In this document: piece by piece, positions 13,162 to 26,388 of the stretch | Position numbering within the stretch: position 1 is the first letter of the stretch | Layout of the letters: every line of letters begins with the position of its first letter | Assembly: GCF_006345805.1 (NCBI RefSeq) | Contig: NC_043007.1 | Span: 69,316,001-69,380,000 of the forward strand | Source of the DNA: Octopus sinensis | Lineage: Eukaryota | Direction of reading: 5' to 3' | Length of the DNA stretch: 64,000 nt | Position numbers and translations under genes: made by a program | Notes under the pieces: generated by a model | Databases searched by the model: none | Told to the model about the DNA's origin: nothing | Seen by the model: only the letters and a program-made list of their open reading frames with translations

Positions 13162-13724
13162 CATTATTTATTCATTTATTTATGAGGGCCCATGTGAAGT
13201 GGTTACGGTGTTGCATTCACGATCGCGAGATCATGATATCAATTCCTAGACCAGGTCGTGCGTTACGTTCTTGAGCAAAACACTTCGTTTCATATGGCAT
13301 TGCGATCACTTCGACACTTGACATGTAGTACAACATCGATTTGATGGAGAGAGTCAGCTAATATTCGGCCGGAACATTTGATCACTATAAACAAAGCATT
13401 TGTGCAGGTCGTTCAGCAAAAGCTTAACACTTATACATTGTCTTCGAAGGGAAATCCCAGTGTGGGTAGAAGCCTGCTTCCCAAGAACATCGTCCTTGGT
13501 TCAGTCCCACCGCGTGGCACTTTGGGCAAGCGTCTTCTACTATAACCCTTGGGGCGACCAAAGCGTTGTGAATGGATTTGTTAGACGGAAACTGAAAGAA
13601 TCCCATCGTATATAGATATATAATTAGATATATATATATTATATATATATATATATGTATTTATATGTATAAATATATAATGTATGTATATATATATATG
13701 TATATATAGATATATATGATATAT

Positions 13725-13767
<43 letters not shown>

Positions 13768-13835
13768 AAATGGAGTTAAACACAGGTGATACATATTTTT
13801 CCGTGTTAATTGTTAATAAGGGAAAATGCCACATC

Positions 13836-13871
<36 letters not shown>

Positions 13872-14254
13872 CTTTCTTTATTTGTGAATTAAAGCTACCA
13901 TTGTTTTCATGCCAAAAAGGAATAGGAGAATATCAAAATATTTCAAACATTTTTCAAGCCGATCAAGTGGAGAAAGGTGTTCGCCTTCATTTTGGAAAAC
14001 AATCACGCTTCTGCTCAATGCAACAAATTTGCTAGTCAGATTTTTATCCTGAGCCACTTGTGTATGTGTCTTGGTGGCTGACGATATGTCCATCTCTGAT
14101 CCCGAGCAGAAGTAATTGGGGAACATCATAACCCTGTGTTCCGAGTTCAGTTCCACTGTGTGACATCTTGGGCAGGTGTCATCTACTACAGCCTCGAGCC
14201 GACCAAACCCTTGTGAGTAGAACTGGTTGACAGAAACTGAAAGAAGTCAGTCAT

Positions 14255-15335
14255 ATATATTTATCTTCTGGCATTTGTGTAACTCTCGATGCCAAAGTTT
14301 GGGACAAGTCCTCCTAGGATCTTCCAGATGTATATTATGGCATATCTTTCTCGCCTACGCTCTAAGAAATAGAGTCTCAATCTCTTGAGTCTTTCCCAAT
14401 AGCTTATATGCTGCACAGAGGCTATCTTCGTGTAGCTTCGTTGGATCGCCTCAATTTCTGTGATTAACTGGACACTGGATGGTGACCATAGCTGAGAGCA
14501 ATAGTCAAAGTGGCTTAGGACAAGTGTCCTCCAGAGGACCATCATGGTTTCCTGGTCTCTTGTTCTGAAGGTTCTAAGAATCCATCCGGTCAGCCGCCTA
14601 CATTTCATTGCCAATTTAGCAACATGCACATGAAATGTTGCATCATCACTCATGTAAATACCCAGGTTTCGCACTGATTGTGCCTCTGGGATTGCAGTCC
14701 CTCCAGGTCCAGTGTATTTATTGGGCATTGCATTTAGTTTTGCGTGCTGATAGCATAGAGCTTGAAACTTTTCAGCATTGAACTGCATGCTATTCTTTTC
14801 AGCCCACTTGTATATTTTGTCCAGCTCACATTACAAGTGCTTAGTGTCTTCAGGGTTCTGTATTGCCTGTGAAACTTTTGTATCATCTGCATAACTTGTG
14901 ATCGTGGCTCTCTGCGTGGCTGAGGGCATGTCTGAGAGGGCCATTATGAACAGTAGTGGTCTCAAAACAGTGCCCTGCGGAACACCGTTCACTATTTGCG
15001 TGTTAGTGGAAGTGGCCCCATTGGCTACTACCACCTGACTTCTATCCTTCAGAAAGTCATGAAGCCATTCTCACAATTTTACAACTATACCAAGATCACG
15101 TAGTTTGTGACATAGCATTCCATGATCGACTTTATCAAAGGCCTTTGCAAAGTCGATATATATGACTTCCACATTTGAGTGGTTGAGCAGTCGTTTCAGC
15201 ACCCAGTCATAGTGTTGTAGGAGCTGAGTTAAGCAGCTTCTTCCTGGTCGGAAACCATGTTGGGTGTCAGGCAGCAAGTCATTTTCTTCAAGGAAGGTGA
15301 TTAGTTTCCTTCTGACTATTCGTTCCATGACGAAA
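14255..15335 (-). mobile_element. CR1-group LINE ORF2 fragment (reverse transcriptase)
   Basis: QHGFRPGRSCLTQLL, YIDFAKAFDKVDH, GVPQGTVLRPLLF, SYADDTK, FNAEKFQ, VRNLGI and YCSQLWSP motifs across three frameshifted ORFs. Confidence 0.92.
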
Positions 15336-15561
15336 CTGTTGATTTACTGACAATTCTACAACTAAATTTTATCAATCTCCTGACCACCATGCTTGGTCCG
15401 TAACCTCTATACATCCCTTATCTTTATATTTTTTTACATTTGCTGATGTGTGAGGTCAGAGAGATAAGTCTGTGGTTCTTGGCCTCCACTCTGCTACCTC
15501 CTTTATGAATAGGGCATACTTTACCTTCCTTCAGGAAAGGTATATATATATATATATATAT

Positions 15562-15819
15562 AATTTCTTTATTTCTGAATTAAGGCTACCACTGTTTCAT
15601 GTTAAGAAGGGTAGGAGATCATCCAAGCGTCTAGATAATTTTTCAAGTCGATCACAAGCAGAAAGTTGTTCGCCTCCATTTTGGAGGACAATCTCGTTTC
15701 GTTCACGAAACGACCTTGTTTTCCAAGGTGATCACCTTCCACAATGTGGTTGGCTTGGATATTCTCCTGCCCTTCTTAATATGAAACCATGGTAGCCTTG
15801 ATTTACAAATAAAGAAATT
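15562..15819. mobile_element. MITE with ~67-bp terminal inverted repeats
   Basis: 15562-15628 versus the reverse complement of 15753-15819 match 58/67 by eye; (TA)n on the left flank; a diverged one-armed relative lies at ~13871-14030. Confidence 0.75.
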
Positions 15820-16109
15820 ATTTATCCACCAAAACGGTGTTGAGCACTCATTCCAAAGTTCTATATTTACGCATATGTGTATGTATGTGTGTGCGAGTGT
15901 GTGTGTGTTTGTGTGTCTGTGTTTATACTCCCACCATAGCTTGACAACCGATGTTAGTGAGTTTACGTTTCCGTAAATTTGCGGTTTGGCAAAAAAGACC
16001 GATAATATATGTACTAGGCTCGATTTGTTCGATAAAAGGCACTGATCCAGCATGGCTGCAGATAAATGTAAACTAAAAAATAAAAAATAAAATAATAGCA
16101 TACTATTTT

Positions 16110-16450
16110 ATTTGTTTTCAGTCTTATGACTGCGGCCATGCTGGAGCACCGCCTTTAGTGAAGCAAATCGACGTCAGGACTTATTGTTTGTAAGTCTAGC
16201 ACTTATTATATCGGTATATTTTGCCGACCCAGCGACGTAAACACACGAACATCTGTTGTCAAGCGATGGTGGGGGTACAAAGACAGACACACAGCATATA
16301 TATTTATATATACATACAATGGGCTTCTTTCAGTTTCTGTCTACCAAATGCACTTAGTAGGCTTTGGTCAGCTCGAGGCTATAGCAGAAGACACACACCC
16401 ATGATGCCACGCAGTGGGACTGAACCCGGAACCACACAGCCATAATTGCG
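16110..16450 (-). mobile_element. SINE family B (tRNA-like head, internal (TA)/(TG) microsatellite)
   Basis: Reverse complement matches 20092-20510. Confidence 0.8.
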
Positions 16451-17000
16451 CCTGTATATATATATATATATATGATTTTGATTTTGATTTTTCCAGTTTC
16501 AGCTCATGAGTTGTGGCCATGCTGGGGCACCGCCATTATATATATATATATATATCATTTAATCACGGTAGTGGTTGAATATATTCTTCAGTCGACTATT
16601 TCGTCAATCGCAGCAGCTTCCAACTTCACCACTAATCGTTCTCAACTAATTGCAACTGTAATAGTTTTAAAGAGACACACCCGCTTAGACAGCACAGCTA
16701 CACTTGGCATAAGTAGTTTGAGATTTGGTTCAGTAGAAAAAAGTTACATCAAAATATCAGCGACCTCAACGGGGGAAGTAAGGCACCTATTCATCTTCAA
16801 TTAACGTAATTTAAATTTTAAAATAAAAGTATAGAAAAATGCATGAGGAATTCAGAATCGTTAGTCGCATTGAACAAAAATTAGCAGAAAAAAGTTATGA
16901 GGTAAAATGTAATGAAATTTATTGTCAGTAAGTGAGGGAGTAATAAGTAACGCCCTAAGCTATAATGTTAAGATAAGAATATATTTCTGAAATGACTGTA

Positions 17001-17650
17001 CGTCGAGTTGGCAGCAACGTTAGCACACCGGGCGAAATGCCTAGCGGTATTTCGTCTGCCGTTACGTTGTGAGTTCAAATTCCGCCGAGGTCGACTTTCA
17101 TCCTATCGGCGTCGATAAATTAAGTACCAGTTACGCACTGGAGTCGATATAATCGACTTAATACCTATGTCTGTCCATGTTTGTCCCCTCTATGTTTAGC
17201 CCCTTGTGGGTAATAAAGAAGTAGGTATTTCGTCTGCCATTACGTTGTGAGTTCAAATTCCGCCGAGGTCGACTTTGCCTTTCATCCTTTCGGGGTCAAT
17301 TAAATAAGTACCAGTTACGCACTGATTTCGATATAATCATCGACTTAATACCTATGTCTGTCCTTGTTTGTTCTCTCTGTGTTTAGCCCCTTGTGGGTAG
17401 TAAAGAAATAGGTATTTCGTCTGCCGTTACGTTGTGAGTTCAAATTCCGCCGAGGTCGGCTTTGCCTTTCATCCTTTCGGCGTCGATAAATTAAGTACCA
17501 GTTACGCACTGGAGTCGATATAATCGACTTAATCTGTTTGTCTGTTCTTGTTTGTCTCCCCTGTGTTTAGCTCCTTGTGGGTAGTAAAGAAATTGGTATT
17601 TCGTCTGTCTTTTCGTTCTGAGTTCGAATTCCATCGAGGTCGACTTTACC
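17001..17650 (+). mobile_element. SINE family A head followed by a tandem array of headless ~180-bp bodies
   Basis: Units restart at TTCGTCTG at 17051, 17229, 17416 and 17600 (spacing 178, 187 and 184 bp). Confidence 0.9.
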
Positions 17651-18468
17651 TTCCGTATATTTAATTTTTTTAATTAAGTATTTAAAAAAGATATTTTTGA
17701 TATGCTGTTGAATTAGGGTAAGTTTAACTTTTATTATTAATATTTTCTTTCAGCTTTAATTAACTTACTTTCTGCATTTTTTGCTTTTCCTCTTTAGTTA
17801 CTTTCCTTTTCTTTCTAGTTAATTATTTAATCAGGCTAGTTCATTAATGTGTTATATGCTTCAGATATGTTCATCTAAATTTATTGAATAGTCATTTTTG
17901 ACTGTGTTTCTATGGGCAGACCTGAAGGCATGCAGTAAGAGTGTCCAGAAAAGGCATTGGTTAAAAGTGCTTATATTCTAAATTTACTTTTTAAATTTCA
18001 AAATTAATTAAAAGGGTTTTTTTCATAAATCAAATTTATATTAATGGAATGTAGGTAATTTTAACTGGTGTATATCTGATACGCTTTTATAATTACTCTT
18101 GTATTGCATAATTATTGATAAATCTAGATTATCAGCAGTCAGTGCTGTTATCACCAACTCAAAATCTAGGTTACTTAAGGTGAGCCTGGTAACTGATGGT
18201 TTTGGGGTCTTGTTGTTTGTAACTTTTGGTGAGCCATGGTGCAACCAACAAGATGGTAAAATTGCCTGCCATTAATTTGGTGTGGATGGGTAATATGAAA
18301 TAATTAAATCACAACATATATTTAAATTAAACATGAAAAAAATTGAAATATTATCATCACTTACATGGAAAAATTGAAATATTATTTTTCATTTCAGTAT
18401 TTTGTAAGTTAAAATCTTAAATTAATAATTAGCACATTATTAATTATCTTATAAAACAGCAATGCTTG

Positions 18469-18568
18469 NNNNNNNNNNNNNNNNNNNNNNNNNNNNNNNN
18501 NNNNNNNNNNNNNNNNNNNNNNNNNNNNNNNNNNNNNNNNNNNNNNNNNNNNNNNNNNNNNNNNNNNN
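18469..18568. other. Assembly gap (100 N)
   Basis: A run of exactly 100 N, typical of a placeholder gap of unknown size; contiguity across it is unverified. Confidence 0.99.
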
Positions 18569-18585
18569 GGCTGCATAAAATCCGC

Positions 18586-18629
<44 letters not shown>

Positions 18630-18812
18630 GTGAAGAGTGCACTTATACATAAAACAAAGGGACCCATTCACATATTTCTTTCATTAGTAATATGTATGTG
18701 TGTATGTATGTATATATACATACATGTATATATATATATATATATAATATATTATATATATATATATATATATATACGATGATTATGTGGTTGTGTGTGT
18801 GTGTGTGTGTGT

Positions 18813-18849
<37 letters not shown>

Positions 18850-20091
18850 ATATATAAACATATTTATACTGTTACAAGGGTTGATTTATATTTCTTACAG
18901 TCATACTTTATCTTCTAGTGCATAGTGTTTTTTCTGCGGATGCTTTGTAAATTAATGAGCATCACAGATGTAAACACGTAAATATCACTGCTACAACATA
19001 GGAAAGACATTAGTTAACAGCTGTAAATGTAGACAAAGTATATATATATGTCAGAATTAACTTTAACCTAAACTAACATCTTGAATGGCGGCGATTGTTA
19101 TACTAAGGCGCCGGGTAACGTCTCGTGGCTCAAATATTTCTCACCTTGCTACCGCATTGTATCGTATCGTTTGGCTTTGCTCCGTTTATTTTGCTTAAAA
19201 TAGTTTTCCTAATCAAAGATTAGATAAGTAATAACCTTCTTTTTTTTTTGTTCCTTTTTGTTATATTTACTATATAGTGATCCTGTTGAGGTTCTGTCGC
19301 AGAACTGAAGTACCAGGTGAGATTGGTGCGTCTACTATTTCATTTGTTCTGTTGTTACACTTAGTAAGTAAAGCCGAAGAAAATAAACATGGACCGGAAA
19401 AAGGGATTTCCAGAGACATCTGGCTTTTTACAGCCGGAGAATTGGTTCAATTTGCTGTCTGGTGCTGTGGTTTAGAAAACATACCGGGTGTGGGTGATAC
19501 CTCCGGCATTCAATAACGTTTCCTCCCTCCTTCTTTCTCTCTTCTTTCTCTATCGTTCTCTTTCTTTTTCTTTACTCGCATAGTCCGAAGGAGAACAGGT
19601 AATGCAAACCAAGGGTGGAGGACGATATGTGTAGAGAAAATGAAGAACCTGTGAAATTTAAGAGAGGCTGATCCATTTTTAGCTTTGTGAACATTTGGCT
19701 CGGAGGTTTCCCAATCATATCTCAGGAAGGTATTGCTTTCTACCATAACCTTGCATCAATTTTGTTACAATATTTCTGCTGAAATTCACAGCTTTTTGTT
19801 ACAGTTGATTATTGAAAATAATGAAGAATATAGCGAAATAATATTTGTTGGAAATTTTGGCACAAAGCCAGCAATTTCGGGGGAGAGGATAAGTCGATTA
19901 AACATTCACCAATACTCAACTGGTACTTATTCTATCGACCCCAAAAGGATGAAAGGCAAAGTCGACCCCGGCGGTATTTCAACCCAGAACATAAAGACGG
20001 ACGAAATACCGCTAGGCATTTTACCCGGCGTGCTAACAATTCTGACGGCTCGCTGCCTTAGTGAAATAATATTGAAAATAATGAACAATAT

Positions 20092-20263
20092 AGGCGTAGG
20101 AGTGGGTGTGTGGTAAGTAGCTTGCTTACCAACCACATGGTTCCGGATTCAGTCACCCTGCGTGGTACCTTGGGCTAGTGTCTTCTACTATAGCTTCGGG
20201 CCGACCAAAGCTTTGTGAGTGGATTTGGTAGACGGAAACTGAAAGAATCCCGTCGTATATATG

Positions 20264-20298
<35 letters not shown>

Positions 20299-20510
20299 TG
20301 TGTGTGTGTGTTTGTGTATCTGTGTTTGTCCTCCCAACATCGCTTGACAACCGATGCTGGTGTGTTTACGTCCCCGTAACTTAGCGGTTCGTCAAAAGAG
20401 ACCGATAGAATAAGTACTAGGCTTACAAAGAATAAGTCCTAGGGTCGATTTGTTCGACTAAAGGCGGTGCTCCAGCATGGCCACAGTCAAAATGACTGAA
20501 ACAGGTATAA
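20092..20510 (+). mobile_element. SINE family B, near full length
   Basis: Head GGCGTAGGAGTGGGTGTGTGGTAAG..GGTTCCGGATTCAGTC, internal (TA)n(TG)n, tail GACTGAAACAGGTATAAGAG; other copies at ~13455-13612, 15870-16075, 28300-28700, 38280-38630 and 41335-41725. Confidence 0.85.
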
Positions 20511-21501
20511 AGAGTAATAGAGTAAAGGAATATAATGAAATAGCTATTGTTTGTATTTAACTGGTGTTTAAGGCAGAATCATTAGCTCGGCGGACAAAAT
20601 GCTGCAAATGCCGCCGAGATCGACGACTTTGTGCTTCATTCTTTCAGAGGGAATAAAGTAACATTTGAGCGCTGAGGTCGGTGTTATCGACTTAACTTCA
20701 CTCCAAAAATTGCTGGCCTTGTACCAAAACTTAAAACTATTATTTAATTGATGTTTGAAACAGTAAATGACATGGAATTTTGGCGGAAGGTTTTAATTTA
20801 GGGCACTTAAAAATAGGAATATGGTATTATGGAATACCAACTCAGGTGGGCTGACATTTTGAAAGAGTTAAGTGGAATTGAATAAATGGAAATGGTGTGG
20901 AGAACCAGTGAATGGAGGGTACCTGTAATTCAAAATTTAGTCATGACTCCTGAAGGTTATAATGAGTATACAAGTGTCTGAGGAATACCCAGCCATTTAT
21001 ACTATGGTTGCGGGTTTAAGCAGTAACTGTGATTACGAGTTCGATCCCATTGAACCGCACATTGGGCAAATATCTTTTACCATACCTTATGGTCGACCAC
21101 ATATTAGTGAGTTAAATGTGGTCGATAGGAAATGTTTGGAAGTCCGTCGGGTGGGCGTTAATGTACTAGCGTAGTAAACTTACCTCGTCACTCAATTTAA
21201 CGCACTACTTCAACCATTACTCCTTTCAACTGAATTCACTCCGTTGTAAACATTCAGTCTAAGCGTTCGTTCTGAGGATAATTTTCTCTATTCATTCCAT
21301 TAGTCTTTGAGGCCTTTGAAATGATCATCAATGCTGCCGTTCCTCCTGTGACTAGGCCACAAGTCCACCTGAAGATTGTCGATCAGACAAGTAACAATTG
21401 TAGTGGCGGTTTTTTTGACTATTTATTAAAATTTTATGTATTGATTAAATCTTTCCTTGTTTGTTTTGCAAAATAGTGGTATATATATATTAATATATAT
21501 A

Positions 21502-21542
<41 letters not shown>

Positions 21543-23469
21543 TTCAGAGCCAAAACCCGATTAGATCCGTGATTAAGACAGGTTCTGATTAGTCAAATTA
21601 GTGCACATTTGAAAATCTTTTAGCTCGACAATGGAAAACGAAATTAGAAACCCATATACTAAAAGGCGTGAATTATTTCCCCTTCTCTTTCTCTATACGA
21701 GCCGAGCCAAATGGAATAACATTTTTGTATGCAACAAGATAAAAGCTATGGATGTATTTCAGCAAAGACGTTAGAGCATCGTTTAAAATGTTTGGCAGTA
21801 TTTAACTATATGTTAAAGTATTTAACTTTACTTTTCTGAGTTCAAATCCCGCCGATCTCAGTTTTGCCTTTCAACTGTCAAGGCTTGAAAAGTGATGTAC
21901 CAGTCAGAAACTAGAGTCGATTCAATTGAATGACTCTTCCTACCAATATTTTGAGTGACATACTCGAATATCATAATTTTAATTTTTACCAGGACAAGAA
22001 ACTGGAGTTATAATTAATCATCTTAGAAGCATGTCATCATTTCATTTGGGTTAATGCACTGGCTAATTGCTAAAACTTTTCCAAATATAAATGAAATATT
22101 TTAGCCGTCCTCCACCACGTCTCTTCAAATATGGAAATATTCCTTCATATATACATAACATTCATTTTTCTCTTTTTGAAGAAATTGGAATAAAAAGAAC
22201 TAGGAATTCTTGAGCTCTCAATGTTATTCAACAGATTTATCTTTATTATTATACCGATAATATTCCAGTCATTTTCCTTGTAGTTAAAGTACCCTTTCAA
22301 AAAAATTATTGCAGGTCTTATAGCTGTGTGAGTAACTAACAACGAATCCACTCGGTAGAATTTTTTGTTACTTCTTTTACTTTTTTTTGTTTTTAGCTTT
22401 TATATTTTCTGTTGAAGAGTGTCAATTTTACAGCAGCGAAGTGGCTGAGTGGTTAAATCATTACACGAATAATTCAGCGCTGTTATGCTACATCTCATCA
22501 AAATGAGTTCAATCAATGAGTTCAGTTTTAATCTTCTGTATATAGAATTAGTCTCAGGAAGATTCTTGCTGAATTGGGGTGAATCTTCAAAAACATATTT
22601 TTCGTTTAATATATTCATCTCTATTATATACAAATCATTAAGCGATTCTGAAGGTTTTGAAGTAAATTTTGCAGCTGATATTCAATGATACTCTAAATCA
22701 CATAAACCATTCTACTATGTAATCTATAGAAAGTTTAGATGAAAAAAAAAACATTAACCTTTGCATATCCCATTAAATAACGCTGTACTAATTATAATAA
22801 ATATCTTGATCATCGACTATAGCCCTGGTTCTGTGGTTAAAGCGTTTAAGATTCGAAGGAAGGCTGGTTCTTGGATATTCATGGTAGAGGCTAACTGGTG
22901 TATAGGCATACCTTCATGTTACGTGAATCAGTCCTTCTTGCCTAAGGGTTAAATAGCTAAGACCGCCATTTAGTAAGTAAAATATATGTTATTATAGTCG
23001 ATTGTTAGACATAATTTTACACATTATTAATATCATACTAAAGTTTACCATGGAGTAAAACGTTTAGGTATACGCGACGGTAAACTTTAATAAGGAAAAT
23101 AAACAATGCTGACTTGTGAGTAATATACGTAATAGAACATATAGTCAAAAATATGTCAAATATACAAATCAGTCTACCTGGTTTAGTTTTCACTATACAC
23201 CAGTTTATATACACCTGTGGGTTTGTGACATATGTAGAGACTGGTCCTACCTTCAGTCCTGTATGCATTAACTACAACGCAATCTTCTGGCATTTGACCA
23301 ACAACTGAGGCCGTTGGCAGCTATTACCGCCCCAGATAAGAGAAGACTTGGGGATAGCGATGTTGACGTATAAATAGTTCCATACTTCTCCCTAAATTTT
23401 AAAACCTGAGTTAGAACATCACTCGGTGCACTTTAATACCTTGCTCGGGACACAAATGTCTTTTACTGA

Positions 23470-24300
23470 TCATGCATCCATTCATCCATCTTCCTAGTAG
23501 GGCGGTGGGGGTAGATTCCTTAATTATCTCCTCCTTAAATGCTTATTCTAATAACGATTGCTCTCAGAAACAACCGTCATTAGAGTTTCTGGCTGGATTT
23601 CCACATGTGACCAATTGAAACTATGGATATTATCCAACCCTTTCATTCTTGGTCTACTTCTAGATCTCCTACCAGATGGCTCGGCTTGAAGAATCTGTCT
23701 TGCGATTAATTCTCTCCTGCGGCATTCGAATCACATGCCCTTAGTATCGGAGCTGAGACCACTCAATGTGGAGAAGTAGCAGCTCGACCGAAGATACACC
23801 CTGATCTCCGAGTTGCGAACCGTGGTGAGTAACGTTAGTCCATAGATCCTTCGCAGGAACGTCGTTTCGGCCGCTTGTATTCGCGATCGAATGACCCTTT
23901 CAGTCATCACATGATATCGAAGACCATAGGTGAAGATAGGCACGAAAACGGAAATGAAGTAATCAATTTTTTTCTGAGGATGAAATGCAAATGCTTGATA
24001 CATTACTGTGTCAGCACCTGCAATTTTAGCATCCGATTCATCTTCCTGCTTTCCATCACTCATTAATACGGCCCTCGAAATATTTAAACTATTCCTCTTG
24101 TCTCAGCGATGTTCCACTAACATGCAGAGTGCACTGGGAAGATCCGTTTTATTATACCACCGAATGGACATTCGCGTTTAGTTCATCCGGTACCTCCACG
24201 ATGCTTAAACTTGACATGGCTCAAAAGACCAAGTCGGAAATGGATCTGTTCTCGGGCATTGATCACAAGGTAGGACAAGTAATGGTCTTGCTTAGAGGTG
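23470..24300 (-). mobile_element. RTE-clade LINE 3' fragment (Expander/Rex3-like)
   Basis: FKY..MSDGKQEDE, FVPIFTYG..VMTERV..IQAAETTFLRRIYG and GRRSRSRPR peptides; (GGAT)-like tail at ~23470-23490. Confidence 0.82.
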
Positions 24301-24979
24301 CTGGGTCTTGTGCTGCCTTCATTTTACGTCTTTTTCAGGCTTCCTAGTTATAGAAATTCGAAATTTAAAATGTTAGACTTCATAAGGACCTTTAACATTA
24401 TATGTATAAATTTATAGTAAATGACTAATGTTGAAGACTATGAGCAGATGTAAATACCAATAATATATAGTCAATTTAAATGACTAACAATTCTCCTTCC
24501 CTTTACTATCAGCTCTGCAATATTTGTGAACTTGTGCCAATACCATAGAGAACATAAGTCGGTACACCTTACACGGTGTGTGTATGTGTGTGTGCGTGTG
24601 TGAGAGAGAGAGAGAGAGATGATGATGATACGTGTATGTGTGTGAGTGTATGTGCGAGAGAGATGTTGATATGTGTGTGTGTGTGTGTGTGCGAGAGAGA
24701 GAGATGCTGATACGTGTGTGTGTGTGTGTGTGGTGTGTGTGTGTGTGTGTGCGAGAGAGAGGGAGAGAGAGATGTTGATACGTGTGTGTGTGTGTGTGTA
24801 ATGTTGATACTTTCAGTTTCTGTTTTTCTGCTGGGTGAGAAGCATGATGGCCTGATCTCTGTATTTTTAGAATATATATTTACACCTTAGCTACTGGGAT
24901 AAGCAAGTTCAGTTGAGGAGAAGGAGAAGGATGAGGAGGAAGAGGTAACTACCAACGTATTTATTATCAGCTACCCTCT

Positions 24980-24989
24980 CATGTCATCA

Positions 24990-25047
<58 letters not shown>

Positions 25048-25051
25048 CATC

Positions 25052-25083
<32 letters not shown>

Positions 25084-25374
25084 CATCATCATTATTATTA
25101 TCATCATCATCATCATCATCATTATTATTAGTTCGTCACGCCGTCACCACTACCAAGCCACTACAAACTGCACCAGCGTCGCCACCACTATCACCTCCAC
25201 CATTACCATCACCATCATTACCGCTGCCGCCACTCGCCCCCCCCCCACAACCACCACCACTCCCTGGCTTCAACTCTCCTCTTCTTAGCCATGAATTTGA
25301 TACCAAGCCAAATCCAACAGAAAGCAACTCATGTGTACCAAAAACTTAAACGTTCGAAGCAATCACGCTGATAT

Positions 25375-25419
<45 letters not shown>

Positions 25420-25431
25420 AACTGCTACTAT

Positions 25432-25467
<36 letters not shown>

Positions 25468-25814
25468 CACCACTACTACTACTACTACTACACAACTACT
25501 ACAACTACTACAACAACAACAACAACTACTACTACTACTACTACTACTAGTTCGGTTGCCGATGTTGGTGTTGTTGTTGCTCTTATACTGCTGTTGTCGT
25601 CGTTTTGTAGTTGCTGATGCTACTGGTGGTGGTGGTGGTGGTGGTGGTGCTGCTGCTGCTGCTGCTGCTGCTGCTTCTGATGATGACAATGATGATGATA
25701 ATGATGATGAAAACGGTGATTATGATGCTGTTGTTGTTATTACTTGTCCTACGGCCTTGTTTCATCCCTGTTTTATGTTGATATTGCTGCTGTTGCTGCT
25801 GCTGCGGTTGTTGT

Positions 25815-25904
<90 letters not shown>

Positions 25905-26006
25905 CGATGATGATGATGATGATGATGATTATGATGATGATGATGATTATGATGATGATGACGATGATGATGATGATGACGACGACGACGACGACGACGA
26001 CGACGC
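24980..26006. repeat. ~1-kb compound trinucleotide array
   Basis: Successive (TTA),(TCA),(CCA),(CTA),(CAA),(TGG),(TGC),(TGA),(GAC) tracts; source of the 274-aa ORF 25331-26155. Confidence 0.95.
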
Positions 26007-26327
26007 TCAGAGATTTATTACTGGCTTGTTTCTCCTTTTTCAAGATCAGCGACAGTTTGACAGTTTGGAATCAGTTCTCGTCCCTAGCTGGTGACTGTCA
26101 CACGCTTAAACTCGAGTCCGTGTGTATCACGCAAGGCAAGAGATGGGAACGATGATTTCCCTTCGCAAATAATAATCGGACACAGACAGTGTGCTGTTAG
26201 CCAGATAGAGGAGATTTCTTCCTGGGGCTATAAACAACAGTAGCGTCGTCCCATGTGTGTTAGCCACATTTAAGTCGTGCTGCTACTGTTTACATCTCAC
26301 TCAGAGATTCATTATTGCTATACATAC

Positions 26328-26386
<59 letters not shown>

Positions 26387-26388
<2 letters not shown>

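Noticed and set aside
17051-17650. Regularly spaced repeats as a CRISPR-like array
   Set aside because: Whole ~180-bp units repeat with no unique spacers; they are SINE bodies in eukaryotic DNA with no cas genes.
21960-23300. Several 60-80-aa ORFs in non-repetitive AT-rich DNA
   Set aside because: Frames are broken by stops, splice signals are weak and there is no recognisable homology; it may be an old decayed element but cannot be supported.
24182-24269. AG..GT-bounded open segment (SSGTSTMLKLDMAQKTKSEMDLFSGIDHK) that splices in frame to 26045
   Set aside because: It lies antisense within the RTE/Rex3-like RT fragment, so the open frame is likely incidental.
25331-26155. 274-aa ORF, the longest in the track, and similar homopolymeric ORFs (e.g. 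42229-42549, 57453-57875, 58307-58939)
   Set aside because: They are read-throughs of stop-free microsatellites (poly-T/L/M/K/IY) with no domain content.
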